DNA of 64,000 bases, taken from the NCBI GenBank assembly GCA_038496445.1, contig JALMLS010000590.1:144068-208067 (forward strand), read 5' to 3'. The stretch is from Trichosphaerium sp. ATCC 40318. Lineage: Eukaryota > Protista > Tubulinea. The position numbers were made by a program, and so were the translations under genes. The notes beneath the pieces are model-generated. The model saw only the letters and a program-made list of their open reading frames with translations, searched no databases and was not told the origin of the DNA. This document shows, piece after piece, positions 37,493 to 50,920 of this stretch (positions are counted from its first letter, which is position 1; each line of letters opens with the position of its first letter).

Positions 37493-37984
37493 TAAGCTAT
37501 ACACGTCAGAAGATTAACCGAGGACTCTTGTACTTTGTAAGAGTTCATTGTACGCTTTCCTGTGCGTCTACAGCTTAATGAACTGCCCTTATATGTGACA
37601 GACGCATAGCTATCCAACATTAACGTGACTGGTTGTAACGGGTATACACATGAAGTGAATGAATCTGACTTGCATGACAATCTGTCTCCGTTCCGCTAAA
37701 ACACCTGAAACTCAGAGAATGCACTTTATTTATTTATAGGCTAGTAGCACGTGAATTTGAATGAAACAGTGTCGAACTTCTACAACAAACCCTTGGTTAA
37801 TGTAAGCTCCAATACAACTTAATAGGTAGTTTTCCTTCGATAAGTCCAACGAAAAGTGAAAATCGCATTTGTCTTTAAACTCGAAGATGCGCACTCTACT
37901 TGGTACTATTTTCACAGCGAATGGGTGTTAACGCGTAGAGTATAGTTTTGGTTTGCATTGTATGCTCAGTTGCTGCATTTACAG

Positions 37985-39355
37985 CTTGTGTTGGACATAG
38001 AGGACTACCTTCTAAATACCCTGAAAACACCCTCAGTTCCATGAAAGGAGCACTGGATGCAGGAGCGGATGCAATTGGTGCGTTATAGCATTTTTTTTAC
38101 CAAAAACACTCCTATACAGCATATCAAGCGTCTATCGAAGCGCGAGTGCTGTTTTTTGACAACTCTAGTACATTTTGTATTTTTTTGCGCCAAATTGTTT
38201 ACAACGCTCTAGAAACCGACGTACACATGACAAAAGATGGCTACATCGTACTTTTACACGATTCGTACGTCTTGTGTACTGTTAATGTAACCTTACCGCT
38301 ATTCTAGTTCAGTAAATCGCACAACAAACGGCACTGGGCAAATAAACGAGCTCAACTACAAAGGTACGAAAAAGCAACAACAAAAAAAAAGTGTCAAAGT
38401 CTTTTAATGCTTAGGAAAGGTTATGTTGAGTACCTTGACGCTGGTAACGGTCAGAAAGTCCCACTCTTGAAGTCTCTTTTGGATTTGCTGGTAACATAGT
38501 ACGTGAAGCCAACTCCTAATGCATTAATACTCGTAATAACACAATGTGTAGCCCTGAAGGGACTTATGTTTTGCTCGACACAAAGCCGGATGATGCCAAC
38601 ACTATTGACATCATTAAAGCAATGGCTGAGTTGTTTCTAACATACAATGAAAGCGTTAACATAGATAAACGTGTATACCTTGCGCCTTGGTACAACACAG
38701 TATCCATGTTTCGGAGTTTATTTTGTGCTGAGTTTTTTTTTATTGACTTTTTTTTAGGAACGCTGAATGGATTAATTACGCATCACAAGTGGCACCTGAT
38801 GTATCTAGGTACGCAATATTTACTTGGGGTTTTATCACACACTTCTTTTAAAGCATCACGTGCTCGACACGTGCTACAACAGCGAAAATACTTTTCAAAT
38901 CTCAACTCAAAATGAACCTTCTTTTTTTTTTTGGGTTTGTTTTTAATACTTCCGTAAAGACTGACAGTGTTCTTGTATTAGGTTTTTGATTTATCCAAAT
39001 GTTCCTGAGAATCCACAAGATTTTAAGGTTTTAGGATTTAATGTAGAGTACGTCCTTTATTTGACAAGTATTCAAAAAAAATCAAGAAGTGAGCTTAACA
39101 TCCTTTAAATAGTTTCAAGTCTCCCGACCTTGAAGAATTTATTAAATCTCGACAACAAAACGACCAAGCTGTATTTGCATGGACAATTGATACAGATGAA
39201 GACTTGAATAAAGCTTTTGAGATGGGTAAGTGACAAAGCTTGTTGGAAGTTTACAAAATTGAGACTTTTGTGTAGACTTAAACGGTATTCTAACTAACCG
39301 TGTTGATCGTTGTTTGGAGATACAAAAGCAGCAAAAAAGAATAGACTTTAATTAA
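37985..39355 (+). CDS. Glycerophosphodiester phosphodiesterase (GDPD); start codon upstream, not resolved
   Basis: VGHRG...PENTLSS, ETDVHMTKDG.IVLLHD, NRTTNGTG, FAWTID, GILTNR. Confidence 0.92.
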
Positions 39356-42300
39356 ATAATAAAAAAAAACCGTGCGCATGCACGTGATAAACCAGTATTT
39401 AATTACAAAGCAAAACATCAAGTTGTGAAGTTTACTTTTTTTTACTACCTAAACCATCTAAGCTATCCTCTTTGCAAAGATATGTTGCTTAAATCCAAAC
39501 GTGCACAAGTAGGAAGTGAAATTTCAAACTGAGCGTATGTTGAATAGCAAATGCATGGGCTTAATGAACAAGTATTGATGTCTTACTAACATATACCAAC
39601 GCAGCCTCACCAAACAATGAAGTTCTATGGCGTTTCGTTGCAGCAAGTATTACATAGTCCTATTCTGCAATTGATGATTCTAACCTACTCTCTCTGTTAT
39701 AAAATAGCTTAATGGGTGCAATTGGAGCACGTCCTTGACATTCTCATATCATGTGTGTTCAGTCTTAGAAATCACGTGAAAAAAAAAATCATGGCAACTA
39801 TTTCGTCTCAACCCACATCAGTATGCTTTCTGTCTGCATTATTGGTATATGTCCTAACAGGATATGGTGAAAAATTGCCTATTCATTACATACCATTTTT
39901 GGAGCTATGCTGTATTACCAGGTAATAAACGGTTAGGTGCTTTAAGTCACTTTTTTTTTGTTTTAAGCTCGCTTTCAAAAAGCAGACCTAACACCCATGT
40001 GGCGTTGGGCTCTATAGAGTAAATTTAATGAGGTGTATACTGTGCAGTGTGTTATATCGCTTTTCCGATCACTCTTGACTATAACTTAACGAAAAGCCTA
40101 GAATCTGTTTCGACATAAAACAAGTAAAGCAAAGAGCAATTTCAATACGTCTACGTTTAACCTCCATTACTTGCTAAATAGCAGGGCTGTTTCAAATTTA
40201 AATACGCTGCATAGTAACCTATGTCTATCTCTTATATGGCAGACAGTGTCAGTGATACTGTAGACGAACACCTAATACGTAATCATACTTTTTTTGTACG
40301 AACTAGAAAGAAACAACAATCACGTGACCTATGAACAATAAGCCACCAGGCATAGATATTCAGATTAAGTTCTACTTTACTAAACCATTACATCCTAACT
40401 TCGGCATACACTCACCTTGAATACAGCTCTAATGTACTCGATGCCTATGGTGGATATATATACTATAATGGAGAGCAAGCGTTAGATGTACCACTGGCAT
40501 CAAACGGAGAAAGCGCCGAGAGCGACTTTATTGCTTCTTCGATAACTTCTCTGCTTCCTTGTTGCACCACAACATTACAGGCAAGTGTTAGAGTTAGTTT
40601 GATTACAACACGCATTTCGGAAAAGTGCAACAGGGCATTAGTTACGCTCTTTATGGATCACACTGGCGACTGGGCTAGCAACTGACAAATGTCTTTGTTG
40701 GTAGTCTAGACGCAGAGTCTACACGAAAGACCGCACCTCATTCACCCGGAGACACACAAGGTAATCCATAGAGTATCAAATCATGTTTTAAAAGTTGTTC
40801 GACTATCCCATATTGCTCAACTTTTGAGTTTGCAAAAAATTTCATTTTTGTCTGAGTTACAGCCTCTAAAAAGTCTTCACTAGGCGATCAGTGTAACCAC
40901 ATTGCTTCTTGTGACAGTTACAGTTCTACGTTTATGCCGGCGATACATGGATTCTCCTATAAAAAACCGCTTTGTAGAGAACGATCGCTGCCACGCCACT
41001 CTAGCACGTGACACTATTTCCGGCAGTTCCCACTTTTGAACTGTTTTTTTTTTATCATATTTCTGAATTGGTAACTACTATTTTCATCTCACATGATCTT
41101 CAGGCCTGGTAAATGAAGTGAAGAGGTGTTACACAAGTTCTACATTTTATGTGAGAGAACGACAAATTTTTGTTGGAAGCTACAAACCAATATCACTTAA
41201 AGTTCTCTGGGACATTCATTTCTGACCTCTAACAATGTTAATTTTCAAATTAAATATAAATCTGTTCAGGACAACCGGTTTTCTCCGGAAGTTAGCCCTT
41301 CTATAGTTCTAAACCTATACCAACTGTGTATCAGTATTACAGGTCATAATTTTAGATTTTAGACTGACATTCCAAATATCACATGTGGCGGATTATAACA
41401 CGTGCTTTTGTTCCATAGCGGATACCTCATAGGTACGCTTATTTCATACAATGTAGTTAAAAGTTTGGTTTCTCTCAAGACACCGAACAAAAAAAAAAAG
41501 AAAACAACTCACAATAAACAACAATTTAACAAGTTTTTTTTATTTCCGGCTTTATCATACAAGCCCGGCTTTTTACACTCTGTTTCCAAACTTGAAAAGG
41601 TGCCCTCGCATATCTACAAGGCCTTTACAACCTTGGGGTTCTACCGTAATGGCGCATGGTCATCAGTCGACAAAAAACATCCAAATGTCTTGACAATTTA
41701 CAGCGATGTCATTGGAGCTACAAAGGCTCTAATCTGCATCTACACAAATTCTCTAACGAGATTAGTGTTTAAATCACGAGAATATGTACGAAGGTACCTT
41801 TATAGGGTATTCCACACGTTGCTAGATGATTACTCTTCGAAAGAAAGAGAATAGAAGGAAATGCCTTTGGTTTCAAAAGAATAAGCTTGAGCAGGGTAAA
41901 GATAGGTACGTACGAAGTATGGCGTAAAAGGATTCGTATAGATACAAATTAGAGTACTTGTATCAATAATGGAGCTAACGCTTCTTGTTGTGTTGCGTTT
42001 CTGATGTGAGATTTTGACTATAAATAAAAATCAATTCACATGTACGCTTTTAGCCACATTTTGATTCTTCTCTTTGTTGTGCATTCCGATCTTTTGTAAA
42101 CTATCATCACATCATATACAAGGCAGTGCTAGTTATGGAGGTACTATAGGTATTGCTCTTCTTTCAATTGGAAATCTCTCGCGTGACCAATATTTCGTGA
42201 AATAGCACCAAAACTATGCTTTATTTCTAGCGTTTGGTAATACAAAACACTTCTGAAATAATTCGTCAAGGTCCTCACCCTTTGCTCCTCAGACCTCATG

Positions 42301-42539
42301 CTTCTTACCCGCAAGCCTGTAATATCTTATACAAGATAGGCAGAGTTCCTGTCTGGTATAAACCGCACTTGGCTCATACTCGCTCGGTGAGCTGTCGCTC
42401 CGACAGTACAAGACCTTGAGTTTCTCTTTCGTGGCAGCTTCTCTACATACACCAACCAAATTGTTAACTTGTTGTGAAAGTAACATCCCTAATGTCGGTC
42501 TTCGGCGTGTTGTACAATTACGTAATTAAAAAATCAGCC

Positions 42540-43795
42540 TCTGTCTAGTATTTCGAAATATTATCGTCTGACATCATTCATGATTAGAGGTCTTATTTTT
42601 ACTGTTGCAAACATCGACTTGTTATCGACTGTGATTCAGCTAAATACTACACTAAACAGCGTTGGACAAAGGCAAACTGTAGCAAAAATCGACTCAACAA
42701 CAAAATAGTATGTCTCAACTTTTTAGAACTTTGTTTTTTAAAGTGTATGAGGTATTAGTTTGGATGGAAAAAAAACGTCCCGTAGGTTTTACAATGACGC
42801 CAACTCCTATCATTTTACCACAACCATAACCGTCTACTAATTGGCGTAAGGGTTAAGTTGAAAATCCGTTTTGAGAGTTCTATTCGTGATTGCTGTGTAC
42901 TAACGCCCTTCCGTTATGAATGAATAATTTGAATATTCAAATACAGCCTACATTCACAAATATTCACGACTAAAAAAATTCATTCATTATTCATGCACAC
43001 AGTAAAAGGCCGAAAATTGTGCAATTTGATGGCTGATTTTGACTGGATTTGTGGGTTTTGGTGTTCTGTTGACTATTCCGATTCGGTTTTCAAATGCAAC
43101 TTGTTGAATCTGTCCATTTGGAACATCGCTAGGTGCTACAAACCAAAATCTCCTCAACATCCTGACTCACCAAACGCCCATGAATGAATATTAATGAATA
43201 TGGCTTACGGGGCAATGAATATGAATATTGCTTGTATTCATAACGGAAGGGCGTTACTGTGTACAAATATGATTTTGCTTTCATGTCTTCATCTGCAATC
43301 TTACAGCCATGCAATAGCTTGTCGATACTATTGCACCCACTCAGCAATGAAATTAGCTGCATTATTCACATTACCCTCAGTAGATCATTCACATTGCATA
43401 GCCAGGTGTTCCTTAGAAATCAGTTACTGTACGAAGTATACAGATGAAGGACTCTAAGCACTGAACGGAATCCATACGACTAATCTTAACAGACGTTTTT
43501 GTATGACAGACGAAGGAATCAAAGCACTCAGAGGTGAATCCAAGAGCTTACAGGTGATCACAATTAACAGAGAAGGAACAAAAAGGTGTTCATACCATTG
43601 ATATGAGTACATGCCATTAATCTTTCTCATACTCTAGTGACAGATGCTCGTACTTTATACCTTGATCACTATGATACTTATGAAGGGATAAAAGCACTTA
43701 ACAGTGCTCATACTACATCCCTTGAGTTTTGTGATGGAATAACAAGTGACGGGATCAAAGCCACCACAAAAATTGTTTATAAAATACATGAATGA
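42540..43795 (+). pseudogene. F-box-like/LRR pseudogene interrupted by a MITE
   Basis: LRR units SLEISYCTKYTDEGL*ALNGIHTTNL, MTDEGIKALRG, EGIKALNSAHTTSLEFCDGITSDGIKA with stops and frameshifts; weak F-box-like FEILSSDIIH at the 5' end. Confidence 0.6.
42901..43256. mobile_element. Non-autonomous hAT-type DNA transposon (MITE), 356 bp
   Basis: Perfect 21-bp TIR TAACGCCCTTCCGTTATGAAT (42901-42921 and 43236-43256); perfect 8-bp TSD CTGTGTAC (42893-42900 and 43257-43264); subterminal TGAAT/ATTCA repeats. Confidence 0.93.
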
Positions 43796-44470
43796 GAGCT
43801 ACACAATTGGAGCAATCTGTTCTTAACAACCTACAATAAAATTGAATTTCAACGTTTATTTTTAGTTTATGTACCAAATGGTCTCATTGATCTTTTTCTC
43901 GTACGTTTTCTTTTACATTTTCAAAATGTTCATCTTTGTTTTTTTTTTAAACCACTCTCCTGCTCAAGTACAATTTAATAGAAACTGCCCAAGCATGAAG
44001 TTTAATACGCACGTGCTATTTTGGTATAAGCGAGGCTGCGTTTTTGAACTATAAGTCTGATTTAAAAACAACATCTGACCTGTCATAGTGAATCCGAGGA
44101 AAAAGTAACGACGTAATTCCAAGGAAAAAGACAAACAAAATGAGCTTACCAGAAACATTCTTGTGCGGAAATGACAGTAAGAAAGCATGTGTTTAGTAAT
44201 TAAACGTGATTCTTGTGCACTCCACCGAATTGTCCGCAGTGAACGTAACTCACCTCAATGAAAAAGAAATATCCGAAATTCAGATAAAACAGCATTTCTG
44301 GACTATACGATACTATGCTCATCTGTTTACACTATGCTTGTTGTATGTAATGGTTTGCTTTTCATGCTCATTGGGCTATTGACACTTGACACCGCGATAT
44401 TCAAAAGCCCGAGAAAAGAATAAGTTGCAACTTGCAAACACTTGCTTATTAGGACTCGTTAATAGCAGCA

Positions 44471-45768
44471 ATGTCTCTTCTTCCTTTACTACAAAGCCCT
44501 ATAGCCATCTGTGGAACGATAGTTGCTGGTGCAACGCTTATTTACCTTTTATTTGCTGGAAAGAAGCGATGGACCAAGCCAGTAATAAAAGACGCTAAGG
44601 TAGTATGCTTTGCGCGTATTAAAACGCTAAAACAATTTAGGAAAATGTGGTGTACTTGTTTCAACCTGAAGACCCTAAGACAGCAATAAGCTGGGGATAT
44701 CCAGTATCTAAATCGCCTTTTTGCGCTAAAGTTCATCTTTTCTGCGAGTTCTTCGATATTCCTTACGAAATAGTACCGTGTACGTCTCAAGCGCTATGGC
44801 GAATGCTATGGTAGTATTTTAACGCGATTTTTAGCTCCAATGAAACTAGGACCACACGGAAAATGGCCTTTTATCATCTACAACGAAAAAGTAATCGGAG
44901 AATCTGACAATATCATTGCTTTCCTTGAGGAAGAATTTGACACAAAGAGTCGCTTCGAAAGTAGCGTTGATCCTGTTGAACTTGCTATCGCACATGCGTT
45001 CAAGTCTGTTTTGGAAGACTGTAACTACTTGCACGTGATTAATTTCGTTTTAATTTGTTTTTTGGGTCAAGAGAATGAAGTGTCTTGTCGTGTTACTTTC
45101 ATGTACAATAGTCATAGTGTATGTCTTTTTGATACACTAAAATGTGTGAATCAAGCATGGCTAAGGGATTGTATATGTTATTAAAGACACTTTGTTGCCT
45201 TGACGCAAATGCTTAGAACCAAAAAAAAAAGGTTAACTTTTATATTTAGTGTTGTATTGCATAGCAGATGGGGCCGTGATGATTTCTTTCATAAAGCACT
45301 TGTTCCAACATTCTTTTCTGAAATGCCTAGTACGTCTTTTTAGTATTCAATAGAACCCATAGTTGTCCGTCCTAATGAAGGTATTAGCTGTTCTTAAATG
45401 GTTCATTCCTGGAGCTATTAGAAAGAGTGTTATTGAAAAAATGAAATCAGCAGGATATTATGCTAACCCTGCACGACCACCTATGGTTTTTTACCAAAAA
45501 GGTATTCGTAATTTAGAAGCTATTGATGCTTGGCTTGGTACAAGAACAAACACATACTTGTTTGGTGATAAGCCAACGAAATATGACGCAATTTTTTACG
45601 GTATGTGAAAGTTGTTTTTGAATGACACATTCTCATTTCTTTCCAGGTTTTTTGGCTTCCAATGCGACTACTGCGCAAGTAGAGACTGTTGTGAGCTTGG
45701 CAGCTAAAGATTGTCCAAATATTGTGAAGTATTTGGATAATATTACTGACATTGTGTTCAAAAACTGA
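44471..45768 (+). CDS. FAX/metaxin-like glutathione S-transferase-fold protein with N-terminal membrane anchor
   Basis: SPFCAKV, GPHGKWPFI, ESDNII.FL, NYFVVLHSRW, YLFGDKPTKYDAIFYGFL. Confidence 0.88.
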
Positions 45769-46867
45769 AGCAAGAACAAACCAAGACAAAACAAAATAAA
45801 GAAATTTTTTTCGTTACATAACAAGTACATTTGGATTATGAAGAGTGTCATTATAAATTTGTAGTGGATGTAGCCATTCTGTGATTGGTTCTGTTTTTCT
45901 TTGTTGTAAAAGGGTGGTTGACCTCGAATGGCGGGTAGTGCAACACCATGTAGATCATTGCAACGAGGAGTTGTTCAAAACAGGCAAGCCTGCAACGTGT
46001 TCCAAGAAGCCCATAATAAAAAATTAGCATAAACGGTTTATGTGCTTCCCGTAGGAATAACACCAACAGCATTTAAACTGTCGAGAACAGATACTACACT
46101 TGATCAAAGCCAAAAGGCCGAGAAGAGGTTGATTAAAACAATGAGAAACAGAGTTGTACATTTGAAAATCAAAATCTTTTTTTGTGGGATTCAAAGATAA
46201 TCTACCGAATATCATGCTACTACAAATTTATTACATATTTCTAAGGCGTAAACGTCTAAAACATACTGGACACTTTATCCAGCAATGCATTATCAGAAGA
46301 CTTCTCGATGAAATCTCCTTGTAACCGACTTAAGCAATTACTTAAGGCTCCTTAAGTTATCCCTATGTGAGCGTACTAAAAACGGTTAAGTGATTCAGTA
46401 CGAACAAAGCCAAGAGGGCCTAAGCAATAAGAACAGTTAGTGCACTCAATTAAAATACTGAGAAGTGGAAAAAAGTGAGAAAGTACGACTTTCTACAGTG
46501 CTTTTTGATTAACACATATCGCTTTTAACACTCCGCTAGGACAGATCTGCATGTACAGTTTGAGATTTGACAGCCTTCTGGGGTGTACAACTTGTGACAG
46601 CATTGTCAGAACTGACGCTTTTGATAGGAAAAAGCTTGCTGACATATAGATATTATGGTTCTGATATTTCTTACATTTCTTGAATTTATAGACTATACAC
46701 GTCTGTTTAAAGTTGTTTTTTATTGAAAGTATTGAGCACAAAAGGTTGTTTGACATACGAGAACATTTAAGATTGAGGTGCAAAGAGCCACACGGCAAAG
46801 TTTGGCGACTAAGGACTCAAACCGCAGTTTTTGGTTTGCTTGTGGAATGTTAGGTTTACAGTATTGC

Positions 46868-47746
46868 TTATAACAACAGAGCAATGTCCAAAGGCCTTTT
46901 GACCAGATAACATACTATGAATTTCTTTACCAGTGTTAAAAGTAACAAATAGTTGAACACCAAAGACATCTGGTGTTGATTAGCAAAAAAATGACATTTA
47001 AGTGAGCCTGCAAGACATAAAATAGGCTCATACTTTAAGCTTGTAGCAAACTTTACCTGTTTAACATCAAAACGTAGAGGAATTTTGAATGTTTTTCTAT
47101 CGCCTGGATTCAATGTAGTAACACAAGGATGTGCTTTAATCAGAATGTGATGGTATTTGTAGTATTTGATAAGATCTTCTTTGTCTTCAGGATCCCACAC
47201 AAAACAAGTTTTACCTCCTTGAATACAAATATTACTATCAAGACCCATGCCAAGATATACTATCTCTTGTACTTTTCCAATATTTGTGATTGTTAAGTTG
47301 AGTGTTACTGTCTGTCCTTTATGAACATGTTTCATATCACAATTCAACTCTGAGATGATATTTGGAATCAGTTTGTTCATATACTTGTCCTTCCACGTGT
47401 TTGCCTGAAGATTGTACGAAGTTAATGGTATGTTCGTTGAAAGAGATATTGCATCTGATGCATAGGATTCCTGGCCCTTTAATTCATCTGAGATGGTTTG
47501 ATGTATAGTGTCTTCTATATCTTGAGCATCTTTGCCCCATTTCCGATGGTACAAGGTTCGGTAAATGTACTCATTGTCGTTTTGTATTATTTCATTTAGA
47601 AAGTGATTGGATTGTTGTAATGAAGCTATGTCATGAAATGTCAGGTCGCTATGAACAATAATGCTTAAAATAATCTCAGGAGGTAGTGTAAATATCTCTG
47701 TATCATTTATGGATGTATCAGCTGTAGTGACTTGTTTGGATGTCAT
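46868..47746 (-). CDS. Intronless F-box protein
   Basis: IFTLPPEIILSIIVHSDLTFHDIASLQQSNHFLNEII and the post-F-box TWKDKY motif; C-terminal beta-rich region not recognised. Confidence 0.75.
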   Translation of the reverse strand: MTSKQVTTADTSINDTEIFTLPPEIILSIIVHSDLTFHDIASLQQSNHFLNEIIQNDNEYIYRTLYHRKWGKDAQDIEDTIHQTISDELKGQESYASDAISLSTNIPLTSYNLQANTWKDKYMNKLIPNIISELNCDMKHVHKGQTVTLNLTITNIGKVQEIVYLGMGLDSNICIQGGKTCFVWDPEDKEDLIKYYKYHHILIKAHPCVTTLNPGDRKTFKIPLRFDVKQVKFATSLKYEPILCLAGSLKCHFFANQHQMSLVFNYLLLLTLVKKFIVCYLVKRPLDIALLL

Positions 47747-49718
47747 TTATTGCTTTTTTATTGACTTTGTCAACACCACTTTCGCACCACAGTCAAAAGA
47801 CTTCAATCAAGATTTTGTTTCCACGTGCTTCTGATTAGATCCTTACAAACTTACAAGCTCAAAACCCTCAAATCCCATGGCTTAAATACAGGCTCTAAAA
47901 TCGAACGTTTACAAACCTGTAGAATAACATGAGAGCAGGAGAAGTCATATATTTATGTTGTAAAGCAAATTCACCCAAATATTGGTATCTCCAATCTATT
48001 AGTGTATGACATGGAAACGAGGTGACAAACAGGAAATTGCGTGCATTCGCTCACTTGCATTGTAATAGAGGCTTATACAGAGAGCAGACGAACTATTATC
48101 CAAAGACAACAAAAAAACATTACACTCCAGCCGAAAGGTAAAATCTGGAACAGTTTTTCTGGTTTTTTTAGCAACTCAAACTGCGACTCCTTGCAGAGTA
48201 GCGAAGAGTCTCTTCGTGACCACCTTTTCATTTGTGCAACTAACTCCAAGACTTTTGTTACAATTAAAACTTAGCGCCAAGTTACCACGTGTCACTTTTT
48301 TTTTTTCCATCTTTGTAACATTGACAACAAACTCATTTTTATCTCTAGGTAAGGTAGTTGAAGTAGCACGAATGTACCAAAATACTCAAATCAAAAACGC
48401 ATAATACCACGACATATATTTTTGGGCATTACATGTGATGGAGAGTTAAATAAGTTAATTAGTAGTAAGCTTGTTACAGCTATTTTTCCGAGTTGTGGAG
48501 CAATTCATAGGTCCTTACTTGAAAAATAATTCCTTGTACAATAAATATAATCATTACATACTACATTATAAATAAAACAAAATCACGTGATTTAGAGTTT
48601 GTTTTGTCACATGGACTGAACCATAGACAGCCGTGTACAAATACAAGAAATTCTAGATTACAGCTACAGGTAAGACTATGGGAAACGTTCCTTTGTGCAA
48701 TCAACAGTACTGTGTTCACAGATTGTTATACATGATTGTTCTCGCAATCGAGAGCGGATAAAGGTAGCAATGACGTTACTTTCGGTCCCAATGTTTAAAA
48801 AATATACTGTCAAGTTTCAAGAGTGCCATGCTTACCAAGAGGTTGTACATTGACATTAAATACGTATTGCATTCTCCATGAATCACTCCGTTTCTCCAAC
48901 TGTTTTGGCAGGAAACTTAGTTTTTCGCCAGAGGCAGCATTAGCCAATAACTGTGTTTGTTCAACTCTTTGTCAAACCTTGAAGTTGTTGCTGCATGTTT
49001 GGATAGTAGAGGCTATTTTCTACAAACTCCTAGGTCTAGATCGACAATATCTAGACTTGTTTCAGTTGGAATCCTGTCTGTGAAAACGTTGTGCATTTGA
49101 AAAGCTCATACAATACAAAAGGCAAGCCAATACAAGTTGTTGGCGTTCGCTTGATCAGCTCAATTTCAAACCTCCGTGCGACTACGTTACCACAAGTTTT
49201 TTGCTTTTCTTTCTCCTCCTTATGCCCAAACTATTCTCACATGCTGACAGTAGTTGTATTCTTTATAATGTTCTCATTTATATTTCACGTGTTATTACTA
49301 CACGTGATTTACGCGAAAGCGCATAATTCTGGTTCTTTGCTTCGAACAAAGTTTGACAAGTTTCATGAATAATAGTCCAGGTACTACTTTTCATAGCTTT
49401 GAAATGTGGTATCTTTCTAAGAAGTGATTGTCTTTGTCTTCTTTCTAAAGGTTAAATGATAATGTACAGCATAGCGGAACAAGATTCTGAAGGTTTACAT
49501 ACTGTGTACCACATACAAGAGCATTTTTCCTGCAAATAAACTGGACATTATCGCACTCGCAACAGGTTTGCTTAGAGGCGTTTAATAATGCTTTGCTATT
49601 TCACGGAACGTTTGTCAAAGAAAACTATTAACTGCATAGCGTCGGTTCATGAGAATCACGTGAAAAAACGGAACTACCCAAAAACACCTTTTGAGCAATC
49701 GAAAAAGTTCACCCAGCA

Positions 49719-50559
49719 ATGTCACACGTAGCATTCATTCTAGTACTTCTCCTTGCAATGTACGACACTTGATGTCGACACTATGTTAACACCTCCTATG
49801 CAGAAGTTCAACATCAGCGTACTACAACGCACCTGGCAATTTATCGCCTCCTTACCCTCAATGGATACGATATTGCCCAGATGGTGGAATGACAGGTGTT
49901 CGTACCGCCAGGCCTGCTGCTATACCCAGGGGCTTTGTTTGGAGATGTTTCCACGACAACGTTGGGTTCCATGGCCATCACACTGACTACGCATCAGTTT
50001 ATTTTGACGGTTTCGAGCACGAGTGCAAATCAGGCTATGTTATGAAGGGTACAAGTACATATTACTATGTATTTGACATTGCTATTTAGAAATTAGAGGA
50101 ACTGGTTGGGATTACTATAGTAACGATAGAATCTTTAGATTTCGCTGCGAGTATGTGCTTTCTATGATGTTATATCTTATCAGATTATAGGACTGAAGGG
50201 ACATTGCGATGCAACACTGAGAACAGAGCTTGGATTTGTATGCCAAAATTTTTTTTTTGCTTTTTGTTTTTCACTTGTACATACACGTGTTTGCACGGGT
50301 GTCTCTGATACATAAGCTCACATAATATCTACCACACTAATATAATTTAGCCGTTTACAATGTCGTTCCCGGATACGATGGAGTTGGTGATCTCTTATGC
50401 CCTGACGATACGCCGTATATTACTGGCTTCAGAGTTAGCGCTACAAGGTACATCCACATCTCTAGAAACGTTGGTTGTTGACACTGGTGTAGTAGAACAT
50501 CACCATCCGACCGCATATGGGAGATGCAATGTTCCGCTGTAATTTGCAGAAGATCATAA
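49719..50559 (+). CDS. Secreted dermatopontin-like Cys-repeat protein (5 exons)
   Basis: Signal peptide; repeats FDGFEHECKSGYVMKEIRG...NDRIFRFRC and YDGVGDLLCPDDTPYITGF...SDRIWEMQC. Confidence 0.65.
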
Positions 50560-50920
50560 TCGCACCCGCTTTTTTGTTGGCTGTTCGATTAAACAAATTG
50601 TTTCTTTCTCATTTCTGAGTTCTTCAAATGGGTTTTGTTTCCTTACTAACGAACCACGACACATGTGCTTGAATCTTCATTGCACTCTTTAATTAATCTG
50701 CTGAGTGTTGTAACTCCCTTCTCGCGAGCAGCTGTATGCTCTTCACAGTACCTTCATTCCTTACAATATAACCACGTGCAACTGCTTGTATCTTCTTTGC
50801 ACTGTTAACCTTACAAATTAATCACGGGGGACAATTGATATGAGATTTTAATGTATTTTTATTATGTAACAGTTTTTAAGGGTTGTGTTGTTTTTTTTTG
50901 GTTTTTTTCAAAACTTTTTA

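Noticed and set aside
40938-40989. SECIS-like stem-loop
   Set aside because: Core reads ATGGA rather than ATGA, pairing is poor in SECIS register, and no upstream in-frame TGA ORF was found.
43454-43458. Stop-codon reassignment suggested by in-frame TAA in the LRR
   Set aside because: Conserved genes end in TAA, TAG and TGA and have no internal stops; this locus has other lesions.
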